DNA of 64,000 nucleotides from Candidatus Latescibacterota bacterium (GCA_965219995.1 CBDCOX010000002.1:32001-96000); one strand, 5' to 3'; positions 10,201-20,339 are shown, numbered from the stretch's first letter. The notes: generated by a model not told the origin, from the letters alone. Numbers and translations: made by a program.

Positions 10201-10493
10201 AGGATGCCATCCGGCAGTCGGGGATGGCGCGGTTCCGCCCCATCCTGCTCACGTCTCTCACCACGTTCGCGGGTCTGACCCCGCTGCTGTTCGAGAAGAG
10301 CCTGCAGGCGCAGCTGCTCATCCCGATGGCGACCTCGCTGGGCTTCGGCGTCATTTTCGGTACGGCGGTCATCCTGATTCTCGTTCCCGTCACCTATGCC
10401 ATCCTGGAAGACATCAGGCACGGCGTCGCCGGGCTGTTCCGCCGTCGGCCGGCCCCCGAGCCGGAGGCCGCGCCGCGTCCCGCGGATGACTGA
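7293..10493 (+). CDS. RND efflux transporter permease (AcrB/AcrD/AcrF family)
   Basis: 1066 aa; GIVVDDAIVVGEN, RFRPILLTSLTT motifs. Confidence 0.96.
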   Translation: MNRAIAWFAENSVAANLLMVVILASGLITIGGIELEIFPEFSADVVTVSVVYRGAAPEEVEEGVCVRIEEAVQSIEGIERIRSTASENRGSVNIELMPGTDARRVLEDVKSAVDAIDTFPDETEQPLIQEVVMRRQVVNVAVSGDADEATLKYLGEQVRDEITAIPGITQAELSGARPYEVSIEVSEGALRRFNLTFDEVVRAVRRSSLDLPGGAIKTDGGEILLRTKGQAYRGTAFENIVLRTRPDGAALTVGDVATVVDGFADADISGRFDLEPGVMVQVFRVGDQDALDISRKVKEYIKSAESRMPEGISLTIYADFSRILEGRLNLMLKNGRGGFILVLVILALFLRLRLAFWIALGIPISFLGAIALMPTVGASINLISLFAFIVVLGIVVDDAIVVGENIYRRFQQGERGLRGAIAGAQEVAVPVTFAVLTSIAAFSPLLMVPGASGKIMRLIPEIVILTLIFSLVESLFILPAHLAHARLRERKKTTSRIGGTLRRFRDGFSSRLDWIIHQLYRPFLERCLEWRYLSASVGVAALTLTAGLILGGWIGFVFLPQVPADNVAAILTMPQGTPAEATARVVRKLEASAIRLQRELESETDEKIFTHMLALVGDQPLRAAQRDNRGRNASYSGAHLGEVNIELTPAEERSVSSIEIARRWRKLAGPIPDATELTFTSSLFSVGEPINIQLTGPDYGELRAAAEKLKMRLAEYPGVLDIADSFRPGKKEVKLALTEEARLLGLTMADMARQVRQAFYGEEAQRIQRGRDDVRVMVRYPESERRSMNNLESMRLRTPEGVEVPFSVAARTELGRGYAAIRRTDRQRIVSVTADVDEGTTNANVVLADVTARVLPAIVADHPRVRFSLEGEQREQQESMAGLTRSFGMALFVIFGLLAIPFRSYLQPLIIMAVIPFGFVGAVIGHIIMGLDLTILSIFGLVALSGVVINDSLVMVDFINRRRKEGNDLQDAIRQSGMARFRPILLTSLTTFAGLTPLLFEKSLQAQLLIPMATSLGFGVIFGTAVILILVPVTYAILEDIRHGVAGLFRRRPAPEPEAAPRPADD

Positions 10494-10542
10494 AACCGGA
10501 TTCCCGCGGCAACGGAAAGTCGATGGTCCCTGCTTCGACAAT

Positions 10543-10595
10543 TTTGCAGTCAATTGCAAATTTGTCTTGACATTTTTGCAGTTTAGTGCAAAATT
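10543..10595 (+). promoter_or_regulatory. Promoter with two palindromic operator-like sites upstream of the AAA-DUF4143 gene
   Basis: TTTGCA-N6-TGCAAA at 10543-10560 and TTTTGCA-N6-TGCAAAA at 10574-10593 flank TTGACA 10567-10572. Confidence 0.55.
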
Positions 10596-10600
10596 GTCAT

Positions 10601-11785
10601 ATGGGCGACCTGATTTCCAGATACCTCGAATCCGCAGCGACGGAAGACCTGAATTCGAGGATGGTCTTTGTCGCAGGCCCGCGGCAGGTAGGAAAAACCA
10701 CACTTGCGACGCTTTTGTCACGGCGCCATTCAAAGAGCGTTTACCTGAACTGGGACAATCGAACCCATCGGGAAAGGATTCTGCGAGAGGAATGGGATCC
10801 CGAAAGCCAGATTCTTGTCTTCGACGAAGTCCACAAGTACGATCGATGGAAAGGACTGATCAAAGGCATCTGGGACACGAGAGGGAACAATGAACGGATT
10901 ATCGTAACCGGGAGTTCGAGGCTGGACACCTATCGTCGCGGCGGCGACTCGCTTTTGGGAAGATACCACCTGTACCGGCTCCACCCATTCACCGCAGCCG
11001 AACTTGAGGGCGGCTGGAATGAAGACGATAACGCTGAACCCTATGAACTGACATTCGGAACTGCGCGCTCTGACAACGTCCGGCATTTGATGGCGTTCGG
11101 TGGTTTTCCCGAGCCCTGCCTCACGGGCAGCACGCGTACCCACCGCCGCTGGCTTCGCGAACGATTCGAACGGGTCTTCAGAGAAGACATTCGAGACACG
11201 ACAGTCGTCCGGTCGCTCTCACAGATCGAACTGCTGGGCGCGATGATGCCGAAACGCGTGGGGTCTCCGCTTTCGATGAATGCAATATCCGAAGACCTCG
11301 AAGTCAGTCCGCACACGGTTCGAACCTGGGTCGACCTGCTATGCCGGAATTACTACACCTATGGTGTCGCCCCATATCACCGACGCATCGAACGGGCCGT
11401 GAAGAAATCCGCCAAATACTATCTGTGGGACTGGTCTGAGGTCGATGATGAAGGGACCAGATTCGAGAATCTCATCGCCTCCCATCTCCTTAAGTTCTGC
11501 CACTTCCTCCGGGATGCCAACGGGATAAACACAGATCTGCGGCTTCTGCGGGACCGTGAGAAACGTGAAGTGGATTTCGTGGTTCTGTGGGATGAAAAAC
11601 CGTGGTTCCTCGTCGAGTGCAAGTTGACCGCACCCCGAAACCACGGGCACCTCGTCCGTTTTGCCGATCTGCTGAACGTCAAACAGCGATTTGTCGTCGC
11701 ACTGTCCGAGAGAGACGACTACCTGGACCGCCGCACGGGCGTCCGCGTTCTTCCCGCGTCCAGGTTTCTGACCGCGTTTCCATAG
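10601..11785 (+). CDS. AAA_14 ATPase with DUF4143 C-terminal domain
   Basis: GPRQVGKTT Walker A, FDEVHK Walker B, TGSS, GGFPEP, KYYLWD, EVDFV..VECK. Confidence 0.92.
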   Translation: MGDLISRYLESAATEDLNSRMVFVAGPRQVGKTTLATLLSRRHSKSVYLNWDNRTHRERILREEWDPESQILVFDEVHKYDRWKGLIKGIWDTRGNNERIIVTGSSRLDTYRRGGDSLLGRYHLYRLHPFTAAELEGGWNEDDNAEPYELTFGTARSDNVRHLMAFGGFPEPCLTGSTRTHRRWLRERFERVFREDIRDTTVVRSLSQIELLGAMMPKRVGSPLSMNAISEDLEVSPHTVRTWVDLLCRNYYTYGVAPYHRRIERAVKKSAKYYLWDWSEVDDEGTRFENLIASHLLKFCHFLRDANGINTDLRLLRDREKREVDFVVLWDEKPWFLVECKLTAPRNHGHLVRFADLLNVKQRFVVALSERDDYLDRRTGVRVLPASRFLTAFP

Positions 11786-11824
11786 GAATCCGTTAACGGG
11801 CTGGATTATGCACGGGGGACCCCG

Positions 11825-12613
11825 CTACAGAAGCGACCTGACAAAACCCCCGTCCACCTGCAGCGACGTGCCCGTAATGTAGCTCGCCCGCTCCGACGCC
11901 AGAAAGACAACGTAGGCGGACAGTTCCGGCACGGTCCCCAGGCGGCCCAGCGGGATTTCGTCGGCCAGCGGGCGCATGGCATCCTGAACGGAGATGCCCT
12001 CTGCCCGGGCGGTTTCTTCGAACTCCTCCCGCAATAACTCGGTGTCGATAAACCCGGTACACACGTTGTTCACCAGAATCCCGTCGCGCGCGTGTTCGTT
12101 CGCAAGGGTCTTCGCCGCGCCCGCAACCGCGGTCCGCAACACGTTCGAAACCGTGTTACCCGCCGGTTGCCTGACCGCAAATGCGCAGAGGTTGATGATC
12201 CTCCCGCCACCCCGCGCCTGCATCAGGGGAATGGCGCGCCTGCACATCCGGAGTACGTAATTCAGGATCAGATCCGTGTATTCGCCCCACATCTCTTCCG
12301 TCACCTGCGCGAACGGGACGGCGGGCGGACCCCCGGAGTTGTTCACCAGAATGTCGATTCCGCCAAACGCGTCAACAGTCTCCCGCGTCAGTCGATCCAC
12401 GGTTTCCTCAGTTGAGAGGTCGCCGGCAACGGTGAGCACGTCCGAACCCGTAGCGGACCTGATCTCCGCGGCGGCCGCCTCCAGCCTCCGCTCGTTCCTC
12501 GCGCACACGGCCACCCGCGCCCCCTCCCGTGCAAGCGCCATCGCGCATCCCTTTCCCAATCCTCGGCTTGCGCCCCCAACGATCGCCACCTTGTCCATCA
12601 ATCCCATGTCCAT
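11825..12613 (-). CDS. SDR family oxidoreductase (FabG-like, atypical catalytic motif)
   Basis: GGASRGLG, DILVNNSGGP, SYITGTSLQVDGG. Confidence 0.9.
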   Translation of the reverse strand: MDMGLMDKVAIVGGASRGLGKGCAMALAREGARVAVCARNERRLEAAAAEIRSATGSDVLTVAGDLSTEETVDRLTRETVDAFGGIDILVNNSGGPPAVPFAQVTEEMWGEYTDLILNYVLRMCRRAIPLMQARGGGRIINLCAFAVRQPAGNTVSNVLRTAVAGAAKTLANEHARDGILVNNVCTGFIDTELLREEFEETARAEGISVQDAMRPLADEIPLGRLGTVPELSAYVVFLASERASYITGTSLQVDGGFVRSLL

Positions 12614-12694
12614 CTGAAGACCTCCCCTCCGGTAAACTTGACATTCGTCCACGCGCCGCGCATGATACCCAACCGGTCCATTCAGGCGGCCAGT

Positions 12695-12890
12695 CTCAAT
12701 TCGAAAAAAGATAACCGTTCAATTGGCCACAAAAAGCACAAATGGCACAAAAGGTACCGATGCGAAACGGCGTGTGTCTTTACGACGTGACCCTGCTGGT
12801 ATTTCCTTGTCTTTCGGCTTATACGTCCTGCAACAGGATAGCTGTTTTTGTGCCTCTTGTGGCAATTTGCCTTAAATCGACAAATCCAGC
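12695..12890. repeat. MITE-like element, family B (CACAAAA 9-mer periodic inverted ends), copy 1
   Basis: ATTGGCCACAAAAAGCACAAA..TTTTTGTGCCTCTTGTGGCAAT inverted ends; alignable by eye along its length with 42972-43164. Confidence 0.8.
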
Positions 12891-13100
12891 ACGCCGACAC
12901 TGTGGAGAAAGCTACTTGAACGGGTCAAAAAGTCCGTACGAAACGACATTCTCTCCGTTTACGTCAGTGACCTGAAGGTTTCTGGAAATCCATCCACAAA
13001 TCGCCTTTGTTCTCTTGCGTATAATCGAATTAACGTCCCCGAAAAATGACGAATCGCGACCAGTTTCCAGGACTGAACACCAGGAAAAAGGAGTTGAGGT

Positions 13101-14972
13101 ATGAGATCAACCCGGGTACTCGCGGGTAACTTTCGCCACCACGGCCCCGCTACGCAGAGCAGCCACCCGAGAGGCATCGTCGCAGCAGCGGGCGGGGACG
13201 GCCGGAACGTCGTCCTCGTCTGGCTGTTCGACCACCGGGGCGGGTACGCGCTGCTGGTCATAGACGCCGCCACGGGCGAGAGCCGGGAGTTCCCCGTACC
13301 CTTTCCTCCCGGTGACGATTGCCCCTACGCGTCGCTCCTTTCGTCCAGGAACCGGTTCTACACCCACTTCAACGGCTGGTTCGTGGAGTTCGACGTCAAT
13401 GCGATGGACTACACGATCTGCCGCGAGACCGCTCCGCGCATGGCGATGGGACTGACCGAAGACGACACGGGAATCATCTGGTCTTCGACCTATCCGCAGA
13501 GCGGGCTCGCTTCATACGATCCTGAATCCGGCGAATTCAGGGACTACGGGCACCTTTACGCCCAGAACTGGCGCCAGTATCCCACCACCCTTGCCACGGA
13601 CGACGCCGGCTGGGTCTACTTCGGCATCGGGACCACCCTGTGCCAGATTATTGCGTTCGATCCGAAAAACGAAAAGGCCGCGCCCCTGCTCGCGGAGCAC
13701 GAACGATCGCGTGGCAGCGCATCCGTTTACCGGGACCTCAACGGGAGAGTCTACGCCCTGCCGCCAACGGGAACCCCCTGGCCGGGGGACAATCCGGATG
13801 CCGAAACATGGTACGAACTCTACCGTGGCGAACGCAAGGAAGTACCCAGGAGGGAACGGCGCGAGAAGATCTATATCGCGGGCGACTCCGGTCACTTTCA
13901 TCCGGACTTCCCGGACGGGAGCCGGCTCGTGGACTGCAGTATGGTCGATCGGGTGATATCGGTCGAAGATCCCGACGGCAATCGCCTGGCGGACGTGACG
14001 TTCGACTACACGAGTGAAGGCGCGCACATCATGGGCGTTGCCGCGGCCCCCGACGGAACCATCTGCGGAGGCACCTTCTTTCCCCGGCGTACGTTCAGCT
14101 ATCGTCCGGAAACCGACACATGGCTCGAGCGGGAGAGCTTCGGCCAGTGGAATACCGTGGGCAGCCAGGGAGGCCGGTTTTTCGTGGGCGGGTACGGCAG
14201 CGGTACACTCCTGGAATGGGACCCGTTCAAGCCATGGGTGACGACGGAAAAGGAGAACCCCGCGTCGAACCCCTTCTTCCACCGGACCTGTACGCCCACC
14301 ATGCACCGGCCGCACAAGCTGCTCGTCCATCCGGACGGCGAGACGCTGGTGGTCGCGGGAACTCCGGGCTATGGCTATACGGGCGGCGGGCTGCTGTTCT
14401 GGAACTGTGAGACGCGGACCGGGACCCTGATGGAACACACCGACCTGTTGCCCGCTCACTCCACGGCAAGCCTCGCGGCGCTTTCCGGCCGAAAGCTACT
14501 GGGGGGCACGACAACCAACCCGGGAACGGGAGGCGAGCAGAAGGCGGCCGAAGCGGAACTCTACGTTTTCGATATGGAATTGACAAAACTGGAATGGCGA
14601 GACGTCCTATTCCCGGGGGCGCAGGAATACACGGACCTGTGCATGGGGCGGGACGGTCTCGCGTACGGCTTTGTCGACAGGGCCCGCTTCTTCGTCTTCC
14701 ACCCCGGGAAGCGCGAGTTGGTGCATCAGGAAGACACGGAACGGAACTTCGGACTGACGGCGCATCAGCAGGGTCCGCGGGTGTTCGTGACGGCGCCGGA
14801 CGGTACCGTTTACGTTCTGTTTGCAAAAGGCATCGGACGTATCGACAGTCGCACGTTCGCGATCGAAATGTGCGCGCCTTCGCCGGTGTCAATCAGCAAC
14901 GGCGGGGACTGCCTCGACGGCCGCATCTATTTCACCAGCAACTCGCATCTCTACAGCTGGGAAATCGTGTAG
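13101..14972 (+). CDS. Hypothetical beta-propeller protein
   Basis: 623 aa ORF with RBS; repeated GxxYDP/DGxxY blade-like motifs. Confidence 0.7.
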   Translation: MRSTRVLAGNFRHHGPATQSSHPRGIVAAAGGDGRNVVLVWLFDHRGGYALLVIDAATGESREFPVPFPPGDDCPYASLLSSRNRFYTHFNGWFVEFDVNAMDYTICRETAPRMAMGLTEDDTGIIWSSTYPQSGLASYDPESGEFRDYGHLYAQNWRQYPTTLATDDAGWVYFGIGTTLCQIIAFDPKNEKAAPLLAEHERSRGSASVYRDLNGRVYALPPTGTPWPGDNPDAETWYELYRGERKEVPRRERREKIYIAGDSGHFHPDFPDGSRLVDCSMVDRVISVEDPDGNRLADVTFDYTSEGAHIMGVAAAPDGTICGGTFFPRRTFSYRPETDTWLERESFGQWNTVGSQGGRFFVGGYGSGTLLEWDPFKPWVTTEKENPASNPFFHRTCTPTMHRPHKLLVHPDGETLVVAGTPGYGYTGGGLLFWNCETRTGTLMEHTDLLPAHSTASLAALSGRKLLGGTTTNPGTGGEQKAAEAELYVFDMELTKLEWRDVLFPGAQEYTDLCMGRDGLAYGFVDRARFFVFHPGKRELVHQEDTERNFGLTAHQQGPRVFVTAPDGTVYVLFAKGIGRIDSRTFAIEMCAPSPVSISNGGDCLDGRIYFTSNSHLYSWEIV

Positions 14973-15065
14973 CCTGAACGCGACGGTTCGGAGGCCCCGC
15001 CTGAATGCCCCAATAACCGGCGCCGGACACCAACTTCCGGGCCGTATGCAGTGCAGTCGGAAGCA

Positions 15066-15803
15066 CTATGGATTCAAACTGAAGGCTTTTGCCTTCCAGT
15101 TGTCGTAAAACCGCCTCGCGTATGCCCTGAAGACGTCCAGACGGCTCGTCACGGCCCGCTCGAAGGCGTATATGGCATCCTCGCCAAGTGTTTCCAGCAG
15201 GGCGTCGTGATAGGCGGGCACCGCATCCCACTCCTTGATCGTCTCCGCCGTGATCTCGATGTGAAACTGGGCGGTGATGGCGTGGTTCCCCATGGACATC
15301 GCCTGTACCGCGCACAATTCGGACGACGCGAGGACTTCCAGTCCATCCGGAACGGTCCTTACCGCCGAACTGTGCCACTGGAGGCAGGGCAGCGCAGGGG
15401 GGAAACCCGCAAAGAAGCCGCTTCTCTTCCCGGATTCCGTCAGGGAAATATCCATCACCCCGACCTCCGGGCTCTCGTTCGGACCGACGTGCCCGCCCAG
15501 GGCCGAGGCCAGCAGCTGATGTCCCAGGCAGATGCCCACGAAGGGCATCTTTTTCTCAGACACGGCGTACCGAATGGCGGCTTTCTCCTCCACCAGCCAC
15601 GGGTACGTCCCCTCCTCCCAAACGTCCATCGGGCCGCCCATTGCCCATAGCGCGTCGTATGCGTCCAGGTCCGGGATAGGTTCTCCTTCATCCAGTTCCA
15701 CGGCGTCCCACCGGATCCCGTCCTCGGCGAAGAATTCCCGGAAGAGGCCCGGGTGTTCCACGTCCAGATGTTGGAAGACCAGTAGTCGTTCAAGGCCCAT
15801 CAT
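15066..15803 (-). CDS. Type 1 glutamine amidotransferase
   Basis: MGGPMDV, GICLGHQL nucleophile elbow, QWH, QFHIE. Confidence 0.92.
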   Translation of the reverse strand: MMGLERLLVFQHLDVEHPGLFREFFAEDGIRWDAVELDEGEPIPDLDAYDALWAMGGPMDVWEEGTYPWLVEEKAAIRYAVSEKKMPFVGICLGHQLLASALGGHVGPNESPEVGVMDISLTESGKRSGFFAGFPPALPCLQWHSSAVRTVPDGLEVLASSELCAVQAMSMGNHAITAQFHIEITAETIKEWDAVPAYHDALLETLGEDAIYAFERAVTSRLDVFRAYARRFYDNWKAKAFSLNP

Positions 15804-15983
15804 TGCCTCCGGGGTTTTCCTTCTGGATTCCGGTCAAGGGATTCGATATCTTGAACCTGCAGCGTGTGCCCCTCCCCGAGCATGCAGTTCTGAAGCCTGT
15901 GGAACGGCATAAAGATGTCGAAGCAAGGGCCCGGATCAGGGCTCGTGGGTCACCACGTTCAACGTTTTGTGGAGGCGAATTCC

Positions 15984-16697
15984 ATGAATCTGTTGCGAAA
16001 ATGCGGCGCTGAATTCGTCGGCGCCTTCGCCATCGTGCTGGGCGGGTGCGGCGCCGTTGCCGCCAACCAGATCAGCGGCGGCGCCGTCTCGCACGTGGGC
16101 ATCGCGACCGCGTTCGGCCTCATCGTGATGACGATGGTCTACGCCACCGGCCACATCTCGGGCGCACACTTCAATCCCGCCGTGACGATCGCCTTCTCCT
16201 TTACACGTCACTTTCCCAAACGGGAGATCCTCCCGTACATCGCTGCCCAATGTCTGGGCGCCGTCGTCGCCAGCGGCATCCACCTCGCCACCCTGTCGCC
16301 CGTCCTTAGAGCAAGGCTTCCCGGACAGAGACTGGACCTGGGTGTCACCCAGCCTCTGGACGGCGCGTGGACCACGGCGTTCGTCTGGGAGTTCCTGCTC
16401 GCTTTCCTGCTGATGGTCGTGATCATGGCGGTTGCCACGGACTATCGGGCCACGGGCCAGGCAGCCGGCCTTGCCATCGGAGGCACGATCTGGTTCGAAG
16501 CCATGTTCGCCGGTCCCATTTGCGGCGCGTCCATGAATCCCGCCCGCAGCCTGGGTCCGGCCCTGGTTTCCGGCAACTGGCTGCATTTTTCGGCCTATGC
16601 TGCCGGACCCGTTCTGGGCGCGCTTGCCGGCGCGCTCTTCTACGAATTCATCCGCTGCAACCGGGACGGCGGGGCGGAAGCCAGGGGATGCTGCTGA
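15984..16697 (+). CDS. MIP family channel (aquaporin/aquaglyceroporin-like)
   Basis: ISGAHFNPAVT and SMNPARSLGP NPA boxes; C-terminal C..GCC tail. Confidence 0.93.
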   Translation: MNLLRKCGAEFVGAFAIVLGGCGAVAANQISGGAVSHVGIATAFGLIVMTMVYATGHISGAHFNPAVTIAFSFTRHFPKREILPYIAAQCLGAVVASGIHLATLSPVLRARLPGQRLDLGVTQPLDGAWTTAFVWEFLLAFLLMVVIMAVATDYRATGQAAGLAIGGTIWFEAMFAGPICGASMNPARSLGPALVSGNWLHFSAYAAGPVLGALAGALFYEFIRCNRDGGAEARGCC

Positions 16698-16761
16698 GGT
16701 CGGACCTGCTGCGATCCAGCGGCGCCGTAGCAGGTCTTCCGGCAGAGTACGGAGAGCCGGC

Positions 16762-17598
16762 TTACAGCACCAGTGCGACGGCGAGAACGGCCAGCGCCAC
16801 CCCGGCCGCGGCGACCCGGTTGAGACGTTCCTTCCATAGGAAATGGGCGGACAGGTTGTCCAGCAGGATCACGCTGCATCCCGTGGCCGGAAAGAACAGG
16901 GTGCCGGGCAGCCGGCTGAGGGCAACCATGATGACGGAAAGCGCCAGCGCGTTGTAGGCGCCCAGGCCGATCCCCGTCGCGAATTCGGGCCGCCTGGGGC
17001 GCCGCATTTTTACCGCAACGAAGATATAGCCGATGGTACCGGCGGTGGCGCCCATGACGGTCAGGATCTGAAGGAATTCCCGGTCCAGGCCGGCATAGTG
17101 GACCGACCGGAGGCAGGAGTGGCTCAGACCCTGCAGAAGGAAAACTGCGAACAACAGTCCGAACGTTTTCCCTCCCCTCTCACGGGCGCTTCCACCCGCA
17201 CCCGAAGTCATCATCATCAATGCGGGAAAGGCAAGGACGATCCCTCCGAGCTGAGAGGGTTCGACCGGCTCCTGCCAGAGCCAGATTCCCAGGGCAACGG
17301 GCACGGCAATGGAGATGCGGAAGGCCGTCAGCACGGCCCCGACGGACGCGATTTCAAGGACGCGCATCATCAACGACATCGAACTGATGAACACGGCGCC
17401 CGTAATCAGGCCGGTCTGCAACGCCGCCGGCGAAAACGTGAACCGGCCGGTGGCCAGAAGATAGGCGGAAAGGACCGCACAGAGCACCAGGTAATTCGTA
17501 GATACGACGACGGGCGCGTAATAGCCCCTGCGCTGAGAGAACTTGCAGATCTGGACAAATCCGAAATCGAGCAGAATCGCGAATATCAGCCAGGACAA
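16762..17598 (-). CDS. DMT/EamA-like membrane transporter (start approximate)
   Basis: About 10 hydrophobic helices in two repeats; WQEP and LWKERL motifs. Confidence 0.75.
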   Translation of the reverse strand: MSWLIFAILLDFGFVQICKFSQRRGYYAPVVVSTNYLVLCAVLSAYLLATGRFTFSPAALQTGLITGAVFISSMSLMMRVLEIASVGAVLTAFRISIAVPVALGIWLWQEPVEPSQLGGIVLAFPALMMMTSGAGGSARERGGKTFGLLFAVFLLQGLSHSCLRSVHYAGLDREFLQILTVMGATAGTIGYIFVAVKMRRPRRPEFATGIGLGAYNALALSVIMVALSRLPGTLFFPATGCSVILLDNLSAHFLWKERLNRVAAAGVALAVLAVALVL

Positions 17599-17852
17599 TA
17601 CAGGCGCCTTTTGCGTCTTCTTCGGCAGATTACCATGGAACAGCACAGAGAGTTCGCGTTCGAGAAGTCCCGCGTGTGTGCCTGGGAGAGGGCTTGAGGA
17701 TACGCCGGTGGGAGGGCGTATGCGCCGTAACGAAGTTGCATGCGGCTGCAGGCGGACCGTTAGAAGGGGCGGGCCGGCAGGCAAGGAGATCTCGACGCGG
17801 GGAGACGGGATGAATCGCCGGAAGAATGGCGAGGGTTTCTATTGGCAGGACA

Positions 17853-18626
17853 CTAATTCCCCCATGCCTCCCGGACCCACGGCACGGCCGCGCGCAAAGG
17901 CGTGATGAACAACTCGATCTGGTAATGCGTCACGTCCTGGACGACAATCATCTCTATCTGAACGTCCGCCTCTTTCAGGGCCCGCACGGTCGTCTCCACG
18001 GGTTCGAACGGAATCACCTCATCGGCGACGCTGTGGATGACCAGCAGGGGAACCTGCCAGTCGACCTCGACGGCATTCTCTTCCGGCACCGCGGCCATGG
18101 GGATGGCCGCCCGGAACATGTCCGGGTGCCGCGCCGCCATATACCAGGCGCCCCGCCCGCCCATGCTGAAACCGGTCACAAGCGTCCTGGTTTCGTCGAT
18201 CATGTAGTTGGCCTTGATTGCCCGGATCAGATCCAGCACATTCTGTTCGCTTTCCGGGTTGTCCCAGCCCTGAACCACCGCTTCAGGCGCCACGATGATC
18301 GCCCCGAGATCCTCCAGCGCGGGCCTGATCAGGGCCTCCAGCAATCGGCTGCCGTAATACGGCACGATCACACCGCCGTAATGCAGCGACAGAATGAGCG
18401 GCGTCGGCTGCCCGGCGTCGAACCCGGACGGTATGAAGATCGTGTACCGCTGGTTTCCGGGCGGCAGCACTCTGTTGTGAATGCCGGGTGTCCGGGGCAT
18501 CCCTTCGTCTGCGGGCCCTGCCGGATCGTCGGACCCGCAGGCTGCCGTCGCGGCTGCAAGCGCTGCCGCCAGCAACCAGTGGACGGCTGGCGATTTTTTG
18601 TTTAACCCCCGGTTTGCGTTTATCAT
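17853..18626 (-). CDS. Alpha/beta hydrolase (esterase/peptidase) lipoprotein
   Basis: Lipobox TAAC; LSLHYGG, GFSMGG nucleophile, HSVADEVIP, terminal His. Confidence 0.85.
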   Translation of the reverse strand: MINANRGLNKKSPAVHWLLAAALAAATAACGSDDPAGPADEGMPRTPGIHNRVLPPGNQRYTIFIPSGFDAGQPTPLILSLHYGGVIVPYYGSRLLEALIRPALEDLGAIIVAPEAVVQGWDNPESEQNVLDLIRAIKANYMIDETRTLVTGFSMGGRGAWYMAARHPDMFRAAIPMAAVPEENAVEVDWQVPLLVIHSVADEVIPFEPVETTVRALKEADVQIEMIVVQDVTHYQIELFITPLRAAVPWVREAWGN

Positions 18627-18710
18627 ATCTTTCCCATTGTTTTCACCTTGCATTGAGTTCAATATAAAATAACCACGTCGCATAACAAATCAAGTATTGA
18701 AGGAAGATCC

Positions 18711-20339
18711 ATGACTGGCGCCGATGTCCTGATCCGGAGTCTCAAGGCGCAGAACGTGCGTTGTATCGTCGGCATGCCCGGCAACCAGAATATCGACATT
18801 TACGACGCGCTGTTACGCGCCGGCGGTATCGATCATTACCTCATCCGAAACGAACTGGGCGCAACGCTCCTCGCCAACGGGTATGCCCGCGCGTCGGGCG
18901 AAGTCGGGGTTGCGCTCACCGTCCCGGGGCCCGGCGCCACGAACGCTTCCACGGGTATTGTAGACGCCCACACGGACTGCGTTCCCGTGCTGCTGATTAC
19001 CGGAGGCACCGAAGTCGCCTTCAACGGGCGGGACAGGAGCAAGTGCTTCCACGGCCTGGACCAGGCCGCCTTCTTCGCGCCGATCACCCGGTACTTCGCC
19101 CGGCCGGAGCGCATCGCAGACATTCCCGAAGCCGTCACCGGGGCCTTTGCCGCGCTGCGCGCGCCCAGGCCAGGCCCGGCCGTGATCGAACTGCCCATGG
19201 ACGTTGCCGCCGCGGAAGGGGAGGTCGATGTCCCCGCGTACGTAAGCGGGGACCGGCCCGCGCCGGACCCTGCGGACATCCGACGCGTCGGGGAAGTCAT
19301 CTCGCGCATGGAGCGGCCCGCAATCCTCACGGGCGGCAATACGGCCGATGCGGACGCGGTCTCCGAACTTCGGGCTTTTTCCGAAACGCTGAACGCCCCC
19401 GTCATCTTCAGCCGGCTCGGCAAGGGCGTGTTTCCGGACTCCCATCCGCTGTCCGCCGGTCACTGCCGCGCCCGGCTGGCCAGAAATGTCCTTCAACAGG
19501 CCGACGGGCTGATTGCCGTGGGGTGCCGGTTCACGCAGATCGACACGTCCGGCTGGACGATGGAGTTGCCCTTCGCGCGCGTGCAACTCGATCCGGATCC
19601 GGCGGAACTCGGCCGGGAGATCTCCATCGACGCAGGTGCGGCGGGGGACCTGAAGCAGTCTGTACCCGCGCTGCTGGACGTGCTGAACGAGACCGGAAAA
19701 CCATCCGCCGTCTGGAACGAATGGCTGGAATCATCGCGGGCCGAACTCGCCAGGACCCGCCGGCCGCTGCCGATCATGTCCGCGATGAGAGGGAGTCTCG
19801 ACGCAGACGCCATCGTTTCCGTGGACGTGACCTCGATCGGGTACCGGTCCTTCGATGAATTCCCGATAGACCACCCACGGTGTTTCATGTACCCCTGTCA
19901 CTCGGTCACCCTCGGTTTCGCTGCGCCGGCGGCGATCGGCGCGAAGCTCGCCCAACCCCACCGTCAGGTGGCGGCCTTCTGCGGCGACGGCGGATTTCAG
20001 ATGACCGCTTTCGAGCTGGCAACCGCCGCCGAACACGGCATCGAAGTCATCTGCGTGGTCATCAACGACGGCAGCCTCAGCGCCATCCGGGGCGCGCAGG
20101 CCAAGGCATTCAACGGACGGGTCATCGATACCGACATGGAGACGCCCCGGATTGCCGACCTTGCGCGTTCCATGGGGGCACGTGGCGTGCGCGTGGAAGC
20201 ACCCGATCGTTTTCCGGCGGTTTTCGCCGACGTCATCGGCCTTGAGGGCCCGACGGTCATCGAAGTCGTGATGCAGAAGCAACGCGATGCCCTCATCCGG
20301 CAGGTGCCGTGGCTGTATCCCGATCAACCTGATCGTTAA
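18711..20339 (+). CDS. Thiamine-pyrophosphate-binding enzyme (acetolactate synthase-like)
   Basis: PGPGATN, GDGGFQM..INDG TPP motif. Confidence 0.92.
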   Translation: MTGADVLIRSLKAQNVRCIVGMPGNQNIDIYDALLRAGGIDHYLIRNELGATLLANGYARASGEVGVALTVPGPGATNASTGIVDAHTDCVPVLLITGGTEVAFNGRDRSKCFHGLDQAAFFAPITRYFARPERIADIPEAVTGAFAALRAPRPGPAVIELPMDVAAAEGEVDVPAYVSGDRPAPDPADIRRVGEVISRMERPAILTGGNTADADAVSELRAFSETLNAPVIFSRLGKGVFPDSHPLSAGHCRARLARNVLQQADGLIAVGCRFTQIDTSGWTMELPFARVQLDPDPAELGREISIDAGAAGDLKQSVPALLDVLNETGKPSAVWNEWLESSRAELARTRRPLPIMSAMRGSLDADAIVSVDVTSIGYRSFDEFPIDHPRCFMYPCHSVTLGFAAPAAIGAKLAQPHRQVAAFCGDGGFQMTAFELATAAEHGIEVICVVINDGSLSAIRGAQAKAFNGRVIDTDMETPRIADLARSMGARGVRVEAPDRFPAVFADVIGLEGPTVIEVVMQKQRDALIRQVPWLYPDQPDR

